From Stegostoma tigrinum (taxonomy: Eukaryota): a DNA stretch of 64,000 nt. Under the pieces are notes generated by a model, which searched no databases, had not been told where the DNA came from, and saw only the letters and a list, made by a program, of their open reading frames with translations. Where the stretch lies: NCBI RefSeq assembly GCF_030684315.1, contig NC_081381.1, forward strand, positions 27,655,811 through 27,719,810, read 5' to 3'. A program made the translations under genes and the position numbers. Below, piece after piece: positions 62,645 through 64,000 of the stretch. The stretch's first letter is position 1, and each line of letters begins with the position of its first letter.

Positions 62645-63220
62645 AAAGAGTCACACAGCATGAAAATCATAGCTGAACTTGTCCAATGCTGAGCAGGTTT
62701 CCAAAATTGAACCAGTCCCATTTTTCTGCGTTTGGCCCATATAGCTCTAAACCTCTCATTTCCACATACTAGTCCAAATATCTTCTAAATGTTGCATGTG
62801 TACCCACCTTTAACACTTCTTCTGACAGCTCATTCCATTAGTGCACCACCCTCTGCATGAAAACAATGTTCCTCAGGTACCTTTTAAATCTTTCCCCTCT
62901 CACCTTAAACTTATGCCCGCTAGTTTTGGACACCTCTACCCTGTGAAAAAGACCTTGGCTGCTCACCTTATCTATGCCCCTCGTGAATTTATAAACTATT
63001 TTAAGGTCACCCATTGGCCTCCTGTACTCCAGGGAAAAAATCATTGTCCCAGCCTACCCAGCCTCTCCTTGTAATTCAAACCTTCCAGTCTTGGTAACAT
63101 CCTTGTAAATCTTTACACCCTTTCCAGTTTAATAGCATCCTTCCTATAGCAGGGCGACTAGAATTGTGCACAGTACTCCAAATGCGGCCTTATCAACATT
63201 TTATGCAGCTTATCAAACAT
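62645..63220 (-). mobile_element. CR1 LINE 3' fragment
   Basis: FSLEYRRPMGDLKIVYKFTRGIDKV..SKTSGHKFKVRGERFK. Confidence 0.85.
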
Positions 63221-64000
63221 AATTACCACATAAAGTGATACGAGGACAGATAACCCCAAAGTTGCTCAAAGAAGTGGGCTTTAAAGAACATTTTTAAATT
63301 TGAACACAATGAGGCGGAGACGAGATTTAGTAGAGAATTGCAGAGCTTTCGAAACTCAGCAATTTCAGTTTTTGTTTCTGATTTCCAGTTTCCACGTGTC
63401 TTTCACTTTTTATTACAGTTTGGACCGCTGGCAACCTGTACCTTCACCTGCTGAAAAACTCTGCATAAAACCCAGAGAGCTGTGGATGTTGGAAACCTGA
63501 AACCGAAACAGAAATTGCTGAAGAAACTGATCAGTTCAGGCAACATCTGTGGAGAGAACTGAACTGAAGAAATGTTATTGCACCCCAGATGTTAACTCTG
63601 TTTTCTCTCCATAGATGCTGCCAGACCTGCTGAGCTTTTCCAGAAATTTCTGTTTTTGTGATCCTGAGTTCAGACAAATGTGGATTGTTCTGCAGCTTGA
63701 CAGTTCCCATTTCGAGATTATTTCCACTTCTGTAAACAGTGAAGCTGGGGATGGTTGTGTGAGCAGACTGGGAGGAGTTACTGAGTCTGTGTTTGATTGG
63801 CTTGAGCTATTATCTGTTCCACCTGTTCTGCAAGCCGCAGTGAGCCCTTGACAAATCACATTGAACATCTGTTGTTGTGCCTCCTCTCCCTGTTTGCGTA
63901 AGACTGACTAATACTGCTGGCTAACCTTTACGTTATCTGTGCTACTGATGCACCAAGGCATTCGAAGAGCTGATTGGGTTTCACATCCTAGCTTACAGCT

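Overview
Eukaryotic (vertebrate) genomic DNA, not prokaryotic. The repeat content (HE1-type tRNA-derived V-SINEs, CR1 LINEs, Penelope-like elements) points to a cartilaginous fish, probably a carpet or bamboo shark (inference). The window holds a complete + strand NOL9 gene (polynucleotide 5'-OH kinase, Grc3/Clp1 family). I assembled 12 coding exons by hand (12092-36446, 2304 nt, 767 aa, all GT-AG, phases consistent). Downstream is a probable first coding exon of PLEKHG5 (57185-57314). Upstream is a CpG-rich, possibly bidirectional promoter (~2040-2360) with a candidate small divergent spliced gene. The rest is intron or intergenic DNA dense in decayed retroelements (CR1, Tx1-like, RTE-like, Penelope-like, SINEs). 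Most notable observations: (1) minimal hammerhead-ribozyme cores in three Penelope-type terminal repeat families, with stem covariation, several inside NOL9 introns; (2) a ~830-bp Penelope GIY-YIG palindrome near a NOL9 exon; (3) an inverted duplication bracketing the probable NOL9 promoter; (4) a near-perfect 340-bp inverted templated insertion; (5) a ~105-copy 17-bp minisatellite whose unit is a strong sense-strand 5' splice site. All calls are by eye; no searches were run and repeat boundaries are approximate.
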